From Verrucomicrobiota bacterium (GTDB lineage: Bacteria; Verrucomicrobiota; Verrucomicrobiia; Limisphaerales; AAA164-E04), in contig CP170459.1 of NCBI GenBank assembly GCA_047947115.1, forward strand, positions 800,001 through 864,000: a stretch of 64,000 nt of DNA, in the 5' to 3' direction. The notes beneath the pieces were generated by a model. That model saw only the letters and a program-made list of their open reading frames with translations, was not told the DNA's origin and ran no database searches. The position numbers and the translations under genes are program-made. This document shows positions 39,542 to 49,559 of this stretch, piece by piece. Position 1 is the stretch's first letter; every line of letters starts with the position of its first letter.

Positions 39542-40603
39542 TCACTCACTCTTGGGATACGACCCCAGCACCTTCACCGAGTTACATTCCTTCTCCAGCA
39601 ACTCGATGGCTTGCTTGACGTTTTCATCGTCCGTGTGCCCATCAAAATCAATGAAGAAGAAATACTCCCACGCCTTGCGTTTGCTTGGACGGGATTCGAT
39701 CTTGGTCATGTTCAACTTCATGGACTCAAACGGCGCAATGGCCCGATGCAAGGCCCCGACACTGTGGGAAATGCTCAGCATCAAACTGGTGCGATCATCC
39801 CCGGTCGGAGGACTGCATTGCCTGCCCAGCACCAAAAACCGAGTGGCATTGGCGGAGTTATCCTGAATGTCGGATTCCAAAATATTCAACCCGTAATATT
39901 CGGCAGCGAGGGCTCCGGCAATAGCGGCAGCGCCTGGCTCCTTGGCGGCCAGTTCGGCGGCACGGGTCGTGGAACTGGTTTCGATGATCTCCGCATTCGG
40001 CATCTGTGTCTGAAGCCAAATGCGACACTGCCCCATGGGCTGTGGATGTGTGTAGATTTTCTGGATGCTGGCACGGTCACTGGCACTCAACAGGCAGTGT
40101 TGAATCTTCATCACGATCTGCGCGACAATCTTCAGCTCACTATCCACAAACATATCCAGAGTGTGCGTCACCACACCCTCGGTTGAGTTTTCCACGGGCA
40201 CCACACCGTAATCGGCTCTGCCTTTGGACACTTCCACAAAAACATCCCCAATGGTCTTTAATGCGGTGCATTCCAAACTGGCGCCAAATTTTCGAATGGC
40301 AGCCTGATGGGTATAAGTGGCTTCGGGACCAAAGAAAGCAATCTTGACCGGTTTTTCCAGGGCGATCGCAGCGGACATGATCTCACGATACACTGCCTTG
40401 AGCGATTCGTTTGGCAACTGCCCGTTGTTGAGACGACAAATGCGATCGAACACGGCCTTTTCCCTATGCGGCGCATAAATGGACCCGCCCTCCTGCAGCT
40501 TGATCTTCCCAATGGAAAGCACGTGGCCTATCCGTTCGTTCAACAAAGCCACGATCCGTTCATCAATAGCATCAATCGCCGCGCGATGTTCTTCTAAACT
40601 CAT
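39542..40603 (-). CDS. pheA: chorismate mutase / prephenate dehydratase (P-protein)
   Basis: N-terminal AroQ domain, PVENSTEG, NATRF, TKIESRP, ACT domain, LGSYP. Confidence 0.96.
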   Translation of the reverse strand: MSLEEHRAAIDAIDERIVALLNERIGHVLSIGKIKLQEGGSIYAPHREKAVFDRICRLNNGQLPNESLKAVYREIMSAAIALEKPVKIAFFGPEATYTHQAAIRKFGASLECTALKTIGDVFVEVSKGRADYGVVPVENSTEGVVTHTLDMFVDSELKIVAQIVMKIQHCLLSASDRASIQKIYTHPQPMGQCRIWLQTQMPNAEIIETSSTTRAAELAAKEPGAAAIAGALAAEYYGLNILESDIQDNSANATRFLVLGRQCSPPTGDDRTSLMLSISHSVGALHRAIAPFESMKLNMTKIESRPSKRKAWEYFFFIDFDGHTDDENVKQAIELLEKECNSVKVLGSYPKSE

Positions 40604-40686
40604 ATTCCTGATGTTCCGTTATTCAATTCCAGCAAACCAAAACGGATCCCGCATCCGCCCCCCAAATCATAATCTTGATCATGATC

Positions 40687-41553
40687 TTAATCTTCGTCCT
40701 CGTCATCAACTAAATCCTCATCCTCATCCTCATCCTCATCCTCGTCATCTACATCGTCCTCGAATGCGCCTGATTCTTCATCATCCGCATCGTCGTCTTC
40801 ATCAAATTCGTCCTCACCCTCATCTTCATCGTCATCAAAAAGCTCTTCGTCATCATCCTCAACATCATCCCCGTCGTCCGCATTCTCTTCGTCGTCTTCA
40901 GTATCGGCATCGGCCAAATCACCATCATCTTCACCTTCGTCATCATCCTCATCTGATTCGTCCTCATCGAGACTGGGGGGCTTTTCAACCGGAATCCGTC
41001 GAAGTTCATCCGCAGCGGGCAAACCTTCCAAATCCTTTAGACCAAAATACTCAAGGAACAGTTCCGTGGTTCGGAAAGTCATCGGACGTCCCAACACTTC
41101 CGCACGGCCCGCCTGTTCGACCAAGCCGCGGTCGATCAACATTTTCAACACACCATCCACCGACACACCGCGAATCTGCTCGGCTTCGGCACGGGTGAGG
41201 GGTTGACGATAGGCGATGATCGCCAGAGTCTCCAGGGCCGCTTGAGTCAGGCGTGCCGGTTTCGGACGATGCCCGAACAAGGCCTTGACCCACGGCGCGT
41301 AATCCGGCGAATTGACGAATTGCCAAGAGCCCGCCACACAAACCAGACGAAAACTACGTCCCAAATCCTGATATTCCACCGACAAAGATTCCAATGCCTT
41401 TTCAATGGCCATCGGCTTGGCATCTTCCACTTCTTTCGGAATGGCCGTGTCGGAATGAGCCGGGGCTTCCTTGAGACACTGACGCAGCTCCGCAATCGAC
41501 AAAGGCTTTTGCGACGAAAACAAGATGGATTCCAGAACAAGCTTCAATTCCAT
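40687..41553 (-). CDS. scpB: SMC-Scp complex subunit ScpB with long acidic tail
   Basis: AALETLAIIAYRQP, IRGV, GRP...TT..FLEYFGL..L..LP. Confidence 0.95.
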   Translation of the reverse strand: MELKLVLESILFSSQKPLSIAELRQCLKEAPAHSDTAIPKEVEDAKPMAIEKALESLSVEYQDLGRSFRLVCVAGSWQFVNSPDYAPWVKALFGHRPKPARLTQAALETLAIIAYRQPLTRAEAEQIRGVSVDGVLKMLIDRGLVEQAGRAEVLGRPMTFRTTELFLEYFGLKDLEGLPAADELRRIPVEKPPSLDEDESDEDDDEGEDDGDLADADTEDDEENADDGDDVEDDDEELFDDDEDEGEDEFDEDDDADDEESGAFEDDVDDEDEDEDEDEDLVDDEDED

Positions 41554-41561
41554 GGATCGTA

Positions 41562-42374
41562 TCACTCTGGAGTGTTCAGGTCGGGCTCGGCGTCCTCGCC
41601 TTGAGCTTCAGTTGCATCTGAATCAGCCCCCGATTCGTCTTCGGGCGGAGCCACTTCAATTTCGATTTCCTCAAAAGGACCGGGTTGAATCGCCTGGAGC
41701 TGCTTCATGCGAATCATCTCCAACAACGCCAAAAAGGTCACCACCACCTCCTGCCGAGTACGATCCTGCTCAAATAGTTCCGAAAATTTGAAACGGGTTT
41801 GAGTGCGAATGCGCTCCCGGAACATTTCGATTTTCTGACTCACCGACCAGGCATCCGCGGAAATTTCCCGTGCACCTTCTGATTTTTCCTCGATCCGCTG
41901 GAGAATGGTTCCCACCGCTTTGACCAAATCAAAGACGCTGACATCCGGCTTGGGAGCCTCACGCGTTTCGATCAATTTGAAGTTGGGTTTGGGAGCATGA
42001 CGCACAAAAATCGACTCCTGTTCCAGTTCCTTCTCCTTCAATTGGGCGGCGGCATCCTTGAATTTCTTATACTCCACCAACTGACGAATCAGTTCCCAAC
42101 GAGGGTCATCCCCCTCGTCATCATCATCCAGAACGACCTGTTTATCCTTGGGCAGCAACTCTTTGCTCTTGATGTACATCAAAGTGGCCGCCATCACCAC
42201 AAACTCACCCGCCACCTCGAGGTCGAGTTCCCGCATAAACTCGACATACTGGATGAATTCGGTCGCCAACTGAGTGAGATTGACCTGATAAATATCCACC
42301 TCCTGCTTCCTTACCAGGTAAAGAAGCAGATCCATCGGCCCTTCAAAGACATCAAACTGGACTTTATATTCCAT
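41562..42374 (-). CDS. scpA: segregation/condensation protein A
   Basis: FEGPMDLLLYLV, EFVVMAATLMYIKS, VVTFLALLEM. Confidence 0.95.
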   Translation of the reverse strand: MEYKVQFDVFEGPMDLLLYLVRKQEVDIYQVNLTQLATEFIQYVEFMRELDLEVAGEFVVMAATLMYIKSKELLPKDKQVVLDDDDEGDDPRWELIRQLVEYKKFKDAAAQLKEKELEQESIFVRHAPKPNFKLIETREAPKPDVSVFDLVKAVGTILQRIEEKSEGAREISADAWSVSQKIEMFRERIRTQTRFKFSELFEQDRTRQEVVVTFLALLEMIRMKQLQAIQPGPFEEIEIEVAPPEDESGADSDATEAQGEDAEPDLNTPE

Positions 42375-42459
42375 CAGTCGGCAACCGATCATAAGCCCTC
42401 CCAAACCCCCTTGGCAACACAGTAACCCCCCAAAGATCACCCCCAAAGATCACCCCCAA

Positions 42460-42523
42460 GTAGCCGCCTTTAGCGAAAGTAGCCGCTTTCGCTATACAGT
42501 AGCCGCTTTCGCCAGAAAGTGGC
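42460..42523 (+). repeat. GTAG-type REP family D, three tandem copies (two partial)
   Basis: GTAGCCGC(C/T)TT at 42460, 42479 and 42499; full form GTAGCCGCTTTCGCCAGAAAGTGGC. Preceded by tandem CCCCCAAAGATCA. Confidence 0.8.
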
Positions 42524-42534
42524 AACCACCTCCA

Positions 42535-42760
42535 GGTAGAATCCCGCGGCTGCGTGGATCCCTGGCGCGTCCCTTGTGGCTTTCGAACTTCAATCACCTT
42601 ACATTTTGGGAAGCCTATGATTACCGGATTATCAATGCCTCACAATCTGTGCGCCCGTTCTCAAGAAAAATGTGGCGCTCTGTCACGTCGGGGTTTTCCT
42701 TTGGATGTCAATTTTGATCAGGAATGCCACAAGGGGCGGACCGAGACGATCAGCTCTACC
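42535..42760. repeat. REPIN/MITE-like element family B, copy 5
   Basis: GGTAG...CCCTTGTGGC, CAATCACCTT, TTTTGGGAAGCCTATG, TTTCCTTTGGATG, GCCACAAGG...CTACC. Confidence 0.82.
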
Positions 42761-42782
42761 TGCAGCACACTCCAGGTAGAAC

Positions 42783-42807
42783 GTAGCCGCCTTCGCCAGA
42801 AGGTGGC
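42783..42807 (+). repeat. REP family D copy
   Basis: GTAGCCGCCTTCGCCAGAAGGTGGC, with a compensatory C/G change relative to the other copies. Confidence 0.8.
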
Positions 42808-42823
42808 CCCCTCAACGCTCCCA

Positions 42824-44389
42824 CTATCTCAACATCCCCGGCCAAGGCCAGACCCAGTCATTCTGGTCGTATTGATAACGTGTGATACGGTTTTCGGTCA
42901 CGGTTTGGTAGGGAATGCCCCCATCGTCTTTGGCATTCCAACCAATGCTGTAGAGACGGAAATCACCATCATCGGTCAGGTGATATTTGAAATCTCCACC
43001 AAGAATCGGATCTTTGGGGAGTGTTTCGATGTATGTTGGCTCCAGTTCCTGAAGCGTTTCAGGATACTGCTGGTTTGTTAGCCGGTAACGTTCCAAGGAG
43101 CACACGATAGGGACCATGCTGAAATGGGTTTGAGTAACCCATCTTTGCTGTAGCCTCCAGGATCCATGGGTGGTGATAAGCGGATTGGCCCCCAACATCC
43201 GAATCGCCATCGAGGAAGCCATCCAACCTTCACACTGCTTGAAAGCTTGAACGTAAACCGCCGGATCAAAAGGATGGGATTGTCTCAGTCCATCAATTTG
43301 AATCTGAATGATTCTTGAATACTGAACACCTAACATCTTGTGCCACCCACTTGGTATCCATCTTACCTTCTTTACCTGTTCTGACGTATAAAAATTACTT
43401 TCGATATTCTCTGACGGAGATTTTCTTTGTCCCTTCAGACACCAATCCAACTTTCCTGCCCGCTCGCTTTGCTCAACTTCTACCAACGGTTTCAGACAAT
43501 CCAGTTTTCCATAGTACGACTGAAAATAATCAAGATGCTTTTCTTTCCATCGGTGCTGGAGCAATCCTTGCCAAACAGGATTTAGTGCCACACCGTGACA
43601 TGCCAATCTAACCAGACGCCCTAAGGCAAATGGATCTTTTTCAAGACTAAGGGAAAGATCGTTTGCTTTTACAACCCAATAAAAAGCTGCATCTACATCG
43701 CCTTTCTCCAGAGAAAGAGCGGCCAGCGAAGCGAAATGCAAATTGATGGCCTTGAATTTTGCATATGTATGAAACTTGGTCTCTTGCGGTTCTTTTTGCT
43801 TTTTAGGTAAAGCAAAATAGGGTCTGGTAGTTAGCTCCTTCTCGATAGCTTCTCTGATTGGGCGATAATAATCCAGAACACCGAGCAACCAGTCTACATC
43901 GCTCACTCCAGGCTGTATTGTATCAAATGGGAGAATCACTCCACTTGCATGCGCTTCTTCAATGAGTTTTTCAAAATAGGAAACAGTGTGCTCATGCGTG
44001 ACCAACTCAGTTCGAAAAAAAGAACTATGACCAATCGTCATAAATTCTGGTAGGAGTATTTGGTCTTCCGAAATCTTTAATTTCCAGTATTGAGGACCAT
44101 CTTTGAGCTTATATGGAACGTAATCCCGAAACAACGGAATCATGGCGAGATTCTGTTCGTCTGGAATTTGAGGATGTTGAAAATCGTTGAGATCGACCGG
44201 TTCGCCTTTGGCTTTCAACGAAGCCAACTCACGTTCCAACGCTCGCGCGCCACGCCAGTTTTCGATGGCCCACGCCAGCGCCACAAGCGTGATCAATCCA
44301 ACACATAGGGATAGATTGAATCGAAACAAACGCACGAAAAACCGTTTCCAATTGATGGTGCTGTTCCTGGTTAATTTGAAAAAACTCAT
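42824..44389 (-). CDS. hypothetical membrane-anchored protein with pseudopilin (GspG)-like C-terminal motif
   Basis: N-terminal TM then ENWRG; C-terminal LERYRL...YPETLQEL.P.YI..LPKDP...F.Y...F.LYSIGWN..DDGG. Confidence 0.7.
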   Translation of the reverse strand: MSFFKLTRNSTINWKRFFVRLFRFNLSLCVGLITLVALAWAIENWRGARALERELASLKAKGEPVDLNDFQHPQIPDEQNLAMIPLFRDYVPYKLKDGPQYWKLKISEDQILLPEFMTIGHSSFFRTELVTHEHTVSYFEKLIEEAHASGVILPFDTIQPGVSDVDWLLGVLDYYRPIREAIEKELTTRPYFALPKKQKEPQETKFHTYAKFKAINLHFASLAALSLEKGDVDAAFYWVVKANDLSLSLEKDPFALGRLVRLACHGVALNPVWQGLLQHRWKEKHLDYFQSYYGKLDCLKPLVEVEQSERAGKLDWCLKGQRKSPSENIESNFYTSEQVKKVRWIPSGWHKMLGVQYSRIIQIQIDGLRQSHPFDPAVYVQAFKQCEGWMASSMAIRMLGANPLITTHGSWRLQQRWVTQTHFSMVPIVCSLERYRLTNQQYPETLQELEPTYIETLPKDPILGGDFKYHLTDDGDFRLYSIGWNAKDDGGIPYQTVTENRITRYQYDQNDWVWPWPGMLR

Positions 44390-44467
44390 ACTGCTTGAAA
44401 ATTAAATTTAGAAACCTACGGGCACCTCTCAACAAACTCCGAAACCGCCCAGATACGCCAAACCCAC

Positions 44468-44501
44468 TTTGGAGTGCGGTGGCTCGACACCGCACTCCAA
44501 A
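44468..44501. repeat. collapsed family C element (single hairpin)
   Basis: TTTGGAGTGCGGTG-gctcga-CACCGCACTCCAAA, a perfect 14-bp stem. Confidence 0.85.
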
Positions 44502-44744
44502 TGGCGCTTGCGTGCTTCGTTTGGGATTGGGCTCCATGGAAAAGCTCTTCCTTTTCGCGATCGAAAGTCAAGCCAACCCTGCGGTCCGGGCGCAGCATCC
44601 GATCGAGGCACTTGCTGTTCGACTGGTGCATTAGGAACTACGTGAAAATCATCCATCCACTCCAAAAGATTCAATCCAATTACCAATTTATTGGGAAAGC
44701 CTCCCCCACCAGCCGCTTTAGCGCAAGCAACCGCTCTAGAACAA

Positions 44745-44769
44745 GTAGCCGCTTTCGCCAGAAAGTGGC
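44745..44769 (+). repeat. REP family D copy
   Basis: GTAGCCGCTTTCGCCAGAAAGTGGC, identical to 42499-42523. Confidence 0.85.
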
Positions 44770-44990
44770 AAACGAACCCGTGTCCACAAAGCCCTTCGAA
44801 CATACCAGGGCAAAAGCTATTCGATGGAGACACGTCTGGCTTTAGGTGTACCCAAGGCTTCCCACGTTCTATTCTCTTTATGCACGAACGCTATCAGGTG
44901 GAAGTTTGGGACTTGATGGAACAAGTTCCTCCAGTGGAAAAGAAGGGATTTGCGTTGCCGAGAGTTTTTGGTGTCTTTTACGATGCGTCC

Positions 44991-47171
44991 ATGGTTTTTC
45001 GTGTATTGATGGCGGGAATGTCTCTTTTGGCGGGGTCCTTTCAGGCTAAAGGAGCGGATCCTCAGGCTGCCTGGAGTTTGGAGGATGCCTCGGCGCGGCA
45101 GGCACTCCCTTCGTTTAAGGTTATTCCCGCGGCGGATCTTGATGCGTTGACGAATGCGTCGGCGGTTGAGTTAACTCCCGGAGTAGCTGAAGGTGATTGG
45201 CATCGTTCTCACGGAAATCACTCATCAGACAGGTATTCTACGTTGAAACAAATTCACCGGGGGAACGTTTCCCGTCTGGAGGTAGCCTGGATTTATCATT
45301 CCAATGATGGAAAGGGAAATATCCAATGCAATCCGATCTCGGTCGACGGGACGATTTATGCCCCGACCGTGGGTGGACATGTGGTTGCGTTGGATGGAAG
45401 TTCCGGAGTTGAGAAATGGCGTTTCAAACCGGAAGGCCAACCTGCCTTTCGTGGCTTGACGTGGTGGGGTGGCGCTGCGGATGGGAAAGCCCGATTGATG
45501 TTCAATGCGGGTGATTGGCTTTACCTGCTCCATCCTGAATCAGGGCAGCCCTTTGAATCTTTTGGAGACCAGGGACGCGTCCGAACCGGTCACTTCAGAG
45601 TCGCACCAGCGATTTACGAAAACAGGATCCTCATCGCGGGTTATGGTGGGGATGCGTTTGCTTTTGATTTGTTCACGGGCGAAAAACGCTGGACCTTCCA
45701 CACCAAACCCGAACCCGGCACATTCGGCAGTGACACATGGAGCCGAATTGAAAGCGGCGCCAATTGCTGGAGCGGCACCGCATTGGACGCATCACGCGGC
45801 ATCTTCTTCCTCACCACCGGCAGTCCCAAACCCAACTTCATCGGCACCGGTCATCTGGGAGACAATTTGTTCAGCAATTGTGTGATCGCTCTGGACACTC
45901 GGACGGGCGAACGGCTGTGGCATTTTCAGGAGATCCGACACGACATCTGGGATCTGGATATCCCAGCCCCTCCTGTGCTGGTTTCGGTGGAGCGTAACGG
46001 CAAACGAGTGGACGCGGTGGCGGCTGTCACGAAAATCGGCAACACACTTTTATTGGATCGCGTGTCAGGTCAACCGTTGTTTCCTTTTCGTCTCCGAAGG
46101 ACGCCTGTATCGAAACTACATGGCGAACGAACCTCCCCATATCAACCGGACTTGCAGTGGCCGCAACCCTTCTCGCGGCAGCGTTTCGGAATGGACCAGA
46201 TCACGAACCTCTCCGAAGAAGCCCGGCAAGCGGTGTTATCTCAGCTGAATGATCCCGATACAGATATTCAATCCAACATGGGTTGGTTCGAACCATTTGA
46301 AGCGGGCAAACCAACTGCCTTATTCGGCATTCATGGCGGGGCTGAATGGATGGGGGCTTCATTTGATCGCGAGACTGGATTCCTATATGTGACTTCCAAC
46401 GAACTGCCCTGGTTTCCCACCGTATCCAGGATCCCCTTTCCGGTGGATACAAGTACAGAACCCGCCACCGAAGGACGCAGGCTTTACGAGCAACACTGCA
46501 TGGTTTGTCATGGCACGGCACGCGAAGGCGTTGGCGTCAATCCACCCTTGATCCAAGTCGGCAAACGTAAAACCGAAGAAGAAATCCGAACCCTTCTCAA
46601 GACCGGACGCAACCTGATGCCTGCCGCCGAAATGTTGGATGCGAACATGACAGATGCCGTAGTGGATTACGTGTTAGAACGTGATCGAACATCCAGCCAA
46701 GCCACCGAACAGGCCGAATCAAGACCAGCCTACACTTACAACGGGTACCCGAAACTCCTGGACCACGAAGGGTACCCCGGCTGCAAACCGCCCTGGGGAA
46801 CACTGAACTGCATCGACCTCAACCAAGGCACACTCCGATGGCAGGTCCCCCTCGGCGAACACCAACGACTGACTGAACGAGGCATTCCGATCACGGGAAC
46901 CGAAAACTTCGGCGGAGCCACCGTCACCGCCGGAGGCCTGGTCTTTGCGGCAGGAACCCGCGACCTCAAAATTCGCGCTTTCGACAAACATACCGGCGAG
47001 GAACTCTGGTCCCATGCACTTCCCTTCGGAGGTTTTGCGCCACCGTCCACCTATCTGGCCAACGGTCGTCAATTCATCCTCATCCCGGCCACTGGCGGCG
47101 GCAAACTGGGCGGCCTCATGGGAGACGCTTATGTGGCGTTTAGGTTGTCTGTTGATGATGAAAGTTTTTGA
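44991..47171 (+). CDS. PQQ-dependent (glucose/quinate-type) dehydrogenase with inserted cytochrome c domain
   Basis: RYSTLKQI...NV..LEVAW, WHFQEIRHDIWDLD, CMVCH heme motif, KPPWGTL, TENFGG..VTAGGLVF. Confidence 0.9.
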   Translation: MVFRVLMAGMSLLAGSFQAKGADPQAAWSLEDASARQALPSFKVIPAADLDALTNASAVELTPGVAEGDWHRSHGNHSSDRYSTLKQIHRGNVSRLEVAWIYHSNDGKGNIQCNPISVDGTIYAPTVGGHVVALDGSSGVEKWRFKPEGQPAFRGLTWWGGAADGKARLMFNAGDWLYLLHPESGQPFESFGDQGRVRTGHFRVAPAIYENRILIAGYGGDAFAFDLFTGEKRWTFHTKPEPGTFGSDTWSRIESGANCWSGTALDASRGIFFLTTGSPKPNFIGTGHLGDNLFSNCVIALDTRTGERLWHFQEIRHDIWDLDIPAPPVLVSVERNGKRVDAVAAVTKIGNTLLLDRVSGQPLFPFRLRRTPVSKLHGERTSPYQPDLQWPQPFSRQRFGMDQITNLSEEARQAVLSQLNDPDTDIQSNMGWFEPFEAGKPTALFGIHGGAEWMGASFDRETGFLYVTSNELPWFPTVSRIPFPVDTSTEPATEGRRLYEQHCMVCHGTAREGVGVNPPLIQVGKRKTEEEIRTLLKTGRNLMPAAEMLDANMTDAVVDYVLERDRTSSQATEQAESRPAYTYNGYPKLLDHEGYPGCKPPWGTLNCIDLNQGTLRWQVPLGEHQRLTERGIPITGTENFGGATVTAGGLVFAAGTRDLKIRAFDKHTGEELWSHALPFGGFAPPSTYLANGRQFILIPATGGGKLGGLMGDAYVAFRLSVDDESF

Positions 47172-47240
47172 GAAAAAAATGGGGCTGGGTGGAACCAGCC
47201 CCTCCATGATCCAACAATTTATTTGGGTAATTTCTTTACC

Positions 47241-48782
47241 CTACTCCCACTCGATGGTGGCCGGAGGTTTGCTGGAGATGTCGAAGCAGACGCGGTTGGC
47301 ACCTTTGACTTCATTGATGATGCGGTTGGACATCTTTTCGAGCACCTGGTAGGGGAGTTTCACCCAGTCGGCGGTCATGCCGTCCTTGGAATCCACCACG
47401 CGCACGGCGATGGTGTATTCGTACGTGCGTTCGTCTCCCATGACACCGACGCTCTTGACCGGCAACAACACCGCGAAGGCTTGCCACACTTTGTAATACC
47501 AGTCGCTGGCTTTCATTTCTTCCAGGACAATGGTGTCAGCTTCTTTCAAAATACGCAGGCGTTCACGGGTGACTTCACCGAGGATGCGTACGGCCAATCC
47601 CGGTCCGGGGAATGGATGACGGTAGACCATGTTTTTGGGCAGCCCCAGTTCCAGTCCCAAGAGCCGAACCTCGTCCTTGAACAGACATTTCAGCGGTTCG
47701 AGGAGTTTGAATTTCAGGTTTTTCGGCAAGCCTCCGACGTTGTGATGGCTCTTAATCAAGGCAGCCGGATTACCGGCAATGGGGACGGACTCGATCACGT
47801 CGGGATACAAGGTTCCCTGCGCCAGGAAGGTGGCGTCACCGACTTTTTTGGTGGCATTAGTGAAGGCTTCGATAAATGCTTTGCCGATGATTTTGCGTTT
47901 GCGTTCCGGGCTGGTGATTCCTTTGAGGCGTTTTAGAAACATCGGGGTGGCATTTTCGTAACGCAGTTTCATTTTGAAATTGTGCTGAAACATCTCGCGT
48001 ACGGCATCGGCTTCGTTGGCCCTGAGCAAGCCGTTGTTTACAAAGATACAGGTCAATTGATCACCAATGGCGCGATGGATCAGCGCGGCAGCGACACTGG
48101 AATCGACTCCACCACTGAGCCCCAGAATCACCTTGTCATTCCCGACCTCCTGGCGAATTTCCTCAACTGCCTGGTCGAGGTAGTTGAGCATGGTCCAGTT
48201 GCGTCCGCATTTACAGATATCGTAAACAAAATTGTCGATGATGACACTTCCGCGCGGTGTGTGGACAACCTCAGGATGGAACTGAAGTCCGTAACGTTTG
48301 CGTTTGGAATCTTCAATGGCCGCGAAATCGGAATTCTCGGTAACGGCAACTGCTTTGAATCCGGTGGGGAGTTTGGTAAGCTTGTCGCTGTGTGAGTTCC
48401 AGACTTGAATACGTTTTGGCAAACTACGGAACAGTGGACTGCTCTTATCCTTTATTTCGAGAGTCCCTTTGCCATACTCACGCTTCAAACCTCGTTCCAC
48501 CTTGCCTTTAAGCGAGTGGGCCAGCACCTGGAGCCCGTAGCAGATCCCAAGCATGGGTGCTTTGAGTTTGAAGACGGCCGGATCCGGCATGGGTGCTTCC
48601 TCGTCGAAGACACTACAGGGTCCTCCAGAGAGAATGATTCCCTTTGGTTTCATCTTCGCAATCTCCGCCGCAGGCGTGTCGTAGGGCAGGATAGTGGAGT
48701 ACACCTGGCACTCACGAATACGCCGGGCGATTACCTGGGTGTATTGCGAACCAAAATCGAGTATGATAATTTGCTCCTTCAT
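47241..48782 (-). CDS. guaA: GMP synthase (glutamine-hydrolysing)
   Basis: [42 protein letters not shown]. Confidence 0.98.
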   Translation of the reverse strand: MKEQIIILDFGSQYTQVIARRIRECQVYSTILPYDTPAAEIAKMKPKGIILSGGPCSVFDEEAPMPDPAVFKLKAPMLGICYGLQVLAHSLKGKVERGLKREYGKGTLEIKDKSSPLFRSLPKRIQVWNSHSDKLTKLPTGFKAVAVTENSDFAAIEDSKRKRYGLQFHPEVVHTPRGSVIIDNFVYDICKCGRNWTMLNYLDQAVEEIRQEVGNDKVILGLSGGVDSSVAAALIHRAIGDQLTCIFVNNGLLRANEADAVREMFQHNFKMKLRYENATPMFLKRLKGITSPERKRKIIGKAFIEAFTNATKKVGDATFLAQGTLYPDVIESVPIAGNPAALIKSHHNVGGLPKNLKFKLLEPLKCLFKDEVRLLGLELGLPKNMVYRHPFPGPGLAVRILGEVTRERLRILKEADTIVLEEMKASDWYYKVWQAFAVLLPVKSVGVMGDERTYEYTIAVRVVDSKDGMTADWVKLPYQVLEKMSNRIINEVKGANRVCFDISSKPPATIEWE

Positions 48783-48880
48783 GGGAACGGAAATCGGTTT
48801 TTATGCGGAAAAAACATGCTGCTGACGAGCAAAAACTATATTAAATTTGACGCTGCTTTCCGAAAGAATGCAAGCAAACG

Positions 48881-49318
48881 ATGAGCTGGCTGCTAAGATT
48901 ACTGGCGATGGGGGGGCTATGGAAGAAGCTTTCCGGCACCTACCAACAGACCACGACAGGCATCCGCCAGGCGAAATCCTTCGCCAGCGGAGTCATGGAA
49001 AAGCATGTCCAGAGCACGCTGGAACAGGCCGAAATGGGGGATCGTGAGGCGATTTTTGAAATGGCAGAGCGATTTTACGAAGGTCGCTGTGTGCCAATGG
49101 ATTATGAAATCGCCGCGGGTTGGTTCCTAAAAGCGGCCGAACTGGGCCACACCAAGGCCCAGACGAATCTGGGCATGATGTTATGGATCGGACGGGGATG
49201 TACCCGTGATCGTGAAACGGCCCTTCATTGGATCAAAACCGCCGCCAAGAAACAATACGAACCCGCCCAGGAGCTGCTTCTGGAAATCCGCAAGAAGCAC
49301 GGTGGGAATACGCGGTAG
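48881..49318 (+). CDS. Sel1/TPR repeat protein
   Basis: WFLKAAELGHTKAQTNLG...GRG...A..W...AA. Confidence 0.85.
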   Translation: MSWLLRLLAMGGLWKKLSGTYQQTTTGIRQAKSFASGVMEKHVQSTLEQAEMGDREAIFEMAERFYEGRCVPMDYEIAAGWFLKAAELGHTKAQTNLGMMLWIGRGCTRDRETALHWIKTAAKKQYEPAQELLLEIRKKHGGNTR

Positions 49319-49363
49319 AACGTTCAGAACGATCAATCCATGTCCTTCAACGCAAGGGAAAAA

Positions 49364-49550
49364 TCTGGAATGCGGTGAGCATCGCCGCTCTGGACACCTT
49401 TCGGAACCATTTCAGCATTCGATAGCTGTGAAATTTCCGTATTCTCCAATGGCATCTGTGACCTGAGAAACCAGATCCCAAAAGAGAATCAGAATGCCAT
49501 AAATCAATTCGAAACATATCCAAAGCTGTGTCAAGCTACAGCACTCCATA
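49364..49550. repeat. REP doublet family C, copy 3, 187 bp
   Basis: TCTGGAATGCGGTGAGCATCGCCGCTCTGGA ... ATCCAAAGCTGTGTCAAGCTACAGCACTCCATA. Confidence 0.85.
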
Positions 49551-49559
49551 AGGTGTTTG

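Noticed and set aside
40479..41198. His/Pro-rich plus-strand ORF
   Set aside because: Reverse-strand reading of the ScpB acidic tail.
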